This document shows, one piece after another, positions 31,613 to 36,524 of a stretch of 36,524 bases of DNA. The notes beneath the pieces are model-generated. The model saw only the letters and a program-made list of their open reading frames with translations. It made no database searches and was not told the origin of the DNA. Made by a program: the position numbers and the translations under genes. Each line of letters begins with the position of its first letter. Position 1 is the stretch's first letter. Origin of the DNA: Octopus bimaculoides (lineage: Eukaryota); NCBI RefSeq assembly GCF_001194135.2, contig NC_068998.1:16062095-16098618 (forward strand), given 5' to 3'.

Positions 31613-32212
31613 NNNNNNNNNNNNNNNNNNNNNNNNNNNNNNNNNNNNNNNNNNNNNNNNNNNNNNNNNNNNNNNNNNNNNNNNNNNNNNNNNNNNNNNN
31701 NNNNNNNNNNNNNNNNNNNNNNNNNNNNNNNNNNNNNNNNNNNNNNNNNNNNNNNNNNNNNNNNNNNNNNNNTATATATATATAGATGGATAGATAAATA
31801 GATAGATAGATAGATAGATAGATAGGTAGGTAGATAGATAGATAGATAGATATTTATATTCAAAAGAATATATATCTATATATATACACACAGGCATACA
31901 TACACACCCACACACATGACACATGTACCTTTTATAGACTGGTTATATGTTGAATGGTATGTATAAATGGCATACAGTATGTATCACGTCTTCACTTAAC
32001 GACCCTTTCATATTGCTTTTGGATATTTTGTTCTCATGTATGTATATATATATATATGTGTGTGTATGTGCGTGTGTGTGTGTGTACATACATACATTCA
32101 TGTATGCATATATATATATGTATATATATGTATATGTATATCTATATCTATATATATTTATATATACACGCATACACGCACGCACACACACACATACATA
32201 CCTATAAACATA

Positions 32213-32270
<58 letters not shown>
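30868..32270. repeat. Microsatellite field (GA)n, (TA)n, (CA)n, (GATA)n
   Basis: Seen directly. Confidence 0.85.
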
Positions 32271-32399
32271 CACACCTTTGAGCCTTGCAGAATACTTACT
32301 CAGAGCTACATCTACCAGAACTAATAGAAATCAGATAAAGAATCGTTACCTGCTTCAGCCTCGCTTTCTAGGATAAACACAGTGGCAAGTTTGGCAAAA

Positions 32400-33400
32400 C
32401 CAAATTACTTCTTAGCATTAATTATTTAACACTTCCCCAACGACCGTAGATACAACAATCTATTTAAAAGAATCATCACAATCGTTAGATAAAGCTGCTC
32501 AATAGACCATGGAGACCGAAATCACTTCATCGAAACCACAAACAATCGTATATCTGGAAATCAACAACCGGCATCCCATCCCCCCAAAAAGATGTAATTT
32601 CAGTAGATTGACTCCATACTTTTTAGACAAAAGTTGCTTAACTAAAAAGTCCCTCATAAAACAACTGTAGAACAGTAGGTACAAATCTCCACATAAAGCA
32701 TATACTCATTCATGGTTGTTACAGAAGAAGCGTTGTGTCTTTATCGTGGCACAATTGAGAGTTAAAGGGGAATAATATGAATATTAACTGGGTGATAATG
32801 GACAACACACTTTACATAAATGCTTCTTGTACAACGTAGAAAATGATACCATACTTACCCAGCAAATAAGCTTGCTCAACAGGAGAACTGAGACTTTGGC
32901 ACACTTCAGACACCAAAATAAATTCAGTTTTAGAAAGTGGTTCTTGCTGCAAACAAGGTAATTATCAAATGCATAACAGTGGTGATAAAAAGATTTCTAA
33001 ATATCAACAATACAACCAAACAAATTCATCCAGCATAGCAGTTTCGACAATCAAATATAAAATGAAAACTCTCGACTGAGTGTATCAAAATATCCTCAGT
33101 GATTTCTGATGTAAGAGATAACTTATGAAGTAGACTGGAAGATAATTTTAGCAAAACGGGATATGTATGACATAATCAACAGTTACAGGACAATTGCCGA
33201 AAAAGCAAACGAACAAGCAATAAACGTATAAACAACTCGAATAACTTTAGCAAACCACAACACAGCAAAGAGGATGCAATTAAATGACAAGCACGCAGAA
33301 GAAAATATCTTTAGAATTAGGCACTGGGTAAAGATATTAAAACTAAGCAGCTTAAAAGAAAAGCGGCTTCAGGTGAACAGGATTGGTAAGGAAAAGACGA
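32400..33400 (+). mobile_element. Possible heavily decayed LINE (APE endonuclease end plus linker, RTE/CR1-like)
   Basis: A-rich + strand with the fragments YIWKSTTG, *IDSILLDK and FMVV, echoing TW...QIDYIL...SDH, plus many stops. Weak match. Confidence 0.35.
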
Positions 33401-33485
33401 TAAGCATAGACAAAACTATTATAAAACAGACATCATTAAATGAAAACGAGAACCATACAAAAAAAAAATAATAATAATGGATCCA

Positions 33486-33519
<34 letters not shown>

Positions 33520-34015
33520 NNNNNNNNNNNNNNNNNNNNNNNNNNNNNNNNNNNNNNNNNNNNNNNNNNNNNNNNNNNNNNNNNNNNNNNNNNNNNNNNN
33601 NNNNNNNNNNNNNNNNNNNNNNNNNNNNNNNNNNNNNNNNNNNNNNNNNNNNNNNNNNNNNNNNNNNNNNNNNNNNNNNNNNNNNNNNNNNNNNNNNNNN
33701 NNNNNNNNNNNNNNNNNNNNNNNNNNNNNNNNNNNNNNNNNNNNNNNNNNNNNNNNNNNNNNNNNNNNNNNNNNNNNNNNNNNNNNNNNNNNNNNNNNNN
33801 NNNNNNNNNNNNNNNNNNNNNNNNNNNNNNNNNNNNNNNNNNNNNNNNNNNNNNNNNNNNNNNNNNNNNNNNNNNNNNNNNNNNNNNNNNNNNNNNNNNN
33901 NNNNNNNNNNNNNNNNNNNNNNNNNNNNNNNNNNNNNNNNNNNNNNNNNNNNNNNNNNNNNNNNNNNNNNNNNNNNNNNNNNNNNNNNNNNNNNNNNNNN
34001 NNNNNNNNNNNNNNN

Positions 34016-34062
<47 letters not shown>

Positions 34063-34879
34063 TATGTACATTCATATATACATACATATGATAGCATACA
34101 CAAACGAACATCACTGAAGCACAAATAACGTGTAGAACCCACACCAAACACAGCCATAGACACTTATATAATTTACTTACAAACATAGGTCTTTTCTGTT
34201 GAATCTGTTCCCTATCGCAAACGAAGCCTTCCTAGATCTACCACATCAGTGATGGGAAATGACTGGCTCTGTCGGCATTCTTCAGAAGATTTTGCTCCAT
34301 TGAAAATTGGTGTTCAAATAATTTTTGTTTGAAATCTGTTGGATTGCTGCAATCTGCGATTTTCAATTGTTCAGTGGACAGATAGAGAACCGTCTGATAC
34401 AGCCGAGATTTATCTAGACGAAATCAATGTTGTAGTCTCCAGATCGATATGTGTGTGTGTGTTTATGTCGGAGTATAGCTATGTGTCTGTGTGTATTAGA
34501 GTTAACAAACGAGGGAAAATTTTCTGAATAGATAAAAGTACACGTTATGGGAAGCCTCAGCTTCGAATAAAATTTTTTTAAAAAATTTTATCTAGTTCTT
34601 AATCGTATACATTCATACATACACACATATGCCCACACAAATATATACACACCAATACATATTCATACCCATATTCATATACGTACACATCTTCTTTTCT
34701 TGCTCAATTACCTAATATATATTTTTAACGCTTACACGGACCGATTCTTTCTCTTCTATTTCCATACACATCAAATCTGTTTCAATAAACTATATACTCT
34801 ATAACATATATTGAGCACTCCATTTTCATTCGTTCGACAAATCTCAATATTCATCTCTCTATGTATGTATGTATGTATG

Positions 34880-34940
<61 letters not shown>

Positions 34941-35034
34941 ATACGTCTACATAATCCAAAGAATAAAATAAAGATGTGTTAAAATATTTCTTTATCTCCT
35001 TATTGGAAATACCGTATCTTTACACCCTGCCTTT

Positions 35035-35077
<43 letters not shown>

Positions 35078-35880
35078 NNNNNNNNNNNNNNNNNNNNNNN
35101 NNNNNNNNNNNNNNNNNNNNNNNNNNNNNNNNNNNNNNNNNNNNNNNNNNNNNNNNNNNNNNNNNNNNNNNNNNNNNNNNNNNNNNNNNNNNNNNNNNNN
35201 NNNNNNNNNNNNNNNNNNNNNNNNNNNNNNNNNNNNNNNNNNNNNNNNNNNNNNNNNNNNNNNNNNNNNNNNNNNNNNNNNNNNNNNNNNNNNNNNNNNN
35301 NNNNNNNNNNNNNNNNNNNNNNNNNNNNNNNNNNNNNNNNNNNNNNNNNNNNNNNNNNNNNNNNNNNNNNNNNNNNNNNNNNNNNNNNNNNNNNNNNNNN
35401 NNNNNNNNNNNNNNNNNNNNNNNNNNNNNNNNNNNNNNNNNNNNNNNNNNNNNNNNNNNNNNNNNNNNNNNNNNNNNNNNNNNNNNNNNNNNNNNNNNNN
35501 NNNNNNNNNNNNNNNNNNNNNNNNNNNNNNNNNNNNNNNNNNNNNNNNNNNNNNNNNNNNNNNNNNNNNNNNNNNNNNNNNNNNNNNNNNNNNNNNNNNN
35601 NNNNNNNNNNNNNNNNNNNNNNNNNNNNNNNNNNNNNNNNNNNNNNNNNNNNNNNNNNNNNNNNNNNNNNNNNNNNNNNNNNNNNNNNNNNNNNNNNNNN
35701 NNNNNNNNNNNNNNNNNNNNNNNNNNNNNNNNNNNNNNNNNNNNNNNNNNNNNNNNNNNNNNNNNNNNNNNNNNNNNNNNNNNNNNNNNNNNNNNNNNNN
35801 NNNNNNNNNNNNNNNNNNNNNNNNNNNNNNNNNNNNNNNNNNNNNNNNNNNNNNNNNNNNNNNNNTTATTTATTGCTTCA

Positions 35881-36420
35881 AAGGCGGCGAGCTGGCAAAA
35901 ACGTTAGCACGCGGGGCGAAATGCTTAGCGGTATTTCGCCTGTCTTTACGTTCTGAGTTCAAATTCCGCCGAGTTCGATTTTATTTTTAATCCTTTTGAG
36001 ATTGATAAAATAGGTATCAATTGAACAGTTGGGTTGATATGATAGATTAGCCCTGTCTCTCATCAAAATTTCAGGCCTTGTGTCTATTAGTAGAAGAAGT
36101 ATTTCTTCCGCTCTTTTACGTTCTAAATTCAAAACGCCCCAAGATCAACTTCGCCTTTCATTGATTCGGGGGCGATAAACTAGCGTACCAGCCAAGTACT
36201 GTACGATGTTTTTGTGTTTGTCTCCAATACCGCTTGACGACTGGTGCTGGTGTGTTTACGTCACAGAAACTTAGCGGTTCGGCAAAAAGACCGATAGAAT
36301 AAGTACCAGCATTAACAAAAAATACTGGGGTCGATCTGTTCGACTAAAACTCTTCAAGGCAGTGCCCCAGCATGACCGTAGTCCAAAAACTGAAACAATT
36401 AACAGAATAAGAGAATAAAA
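35881..36420 (+). mobile_element. SINE cluster: family B (35881-36095), partial family B (36100-36200), family A tail (36205-36420)
   Basis: AAGGCGGCGAGCTGGCAAAAACGTTAGCACG...GAGTTCAAATTCCGCC, then CGCTTGACGACTGGTGCTGGTGTGTTTACG...CTGAAACAAT. Confidence 0.85.
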
Positions 36421-36524
36421 GAATATCTAGATTTAACACCTCGTCACCACATATGTGTGTGTGTGTATGTATGTATATATACATATACATTATCTGTCTG
36501 TCTGTCTGTCTCTCTCTCTCTGTA

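Noticed and set aside
31938-31956. 19-nt micro-exon (TTTTATAG|...|GTATGT)
   Set aside because: It is too short to distinguish from chance in AT-rich DNA.
3663-36000. Multiple A-box/B-box pairs as tRNA genes
   Set aside because: They have no cloverleaf or anticodon arm and all continue into SINE bodies.

Overview
Gappy (16 N-runs, about 6.6 kb), AT-rich, microsatellite-dense animal genomic DNA. The SINE repertoire strongly suggests an octopod cephalopod (Octopus; inferred from recalled repeat families, no database search). There is no prokaryotic system, CRISPR array, rRNA or intact long ORF, and almost all track ORFs are translations of microsatellites or N-runs. The window is dominated by more than 25 tRNA-derived SINE copies (here called families A, B and C, plus a Ceph-type SINE). 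It also holds decayed transposon remnants: a mariner DD34D transposase, a probable DD37D/maT element with TIRs, a pogo/Tigger fragment, a FLYWCH-MULE transposase, a Dong/R4 LINE, RTE-like LINEs, Penelope GIY-YIG ends, a Helentron-type HINE and a Helitron 3' end. Four small phase-compatible + strand exons (5804-5895, 25696-25730, 25837-25890, 26866-26933) suggest the window is mostly intron of an unidentified host gene. The most interesting items are that exon chain, a minimal Penelope hammerhead with a non-canonical CUGUCGA core, tandem 67-bp hairpin/pseudoknot modules in a SINE, a LINE-adjacent 28/56-bp minisatellite and a perfect 16-bp palindrome. None is demonstrably a new biological system from sequence alone.
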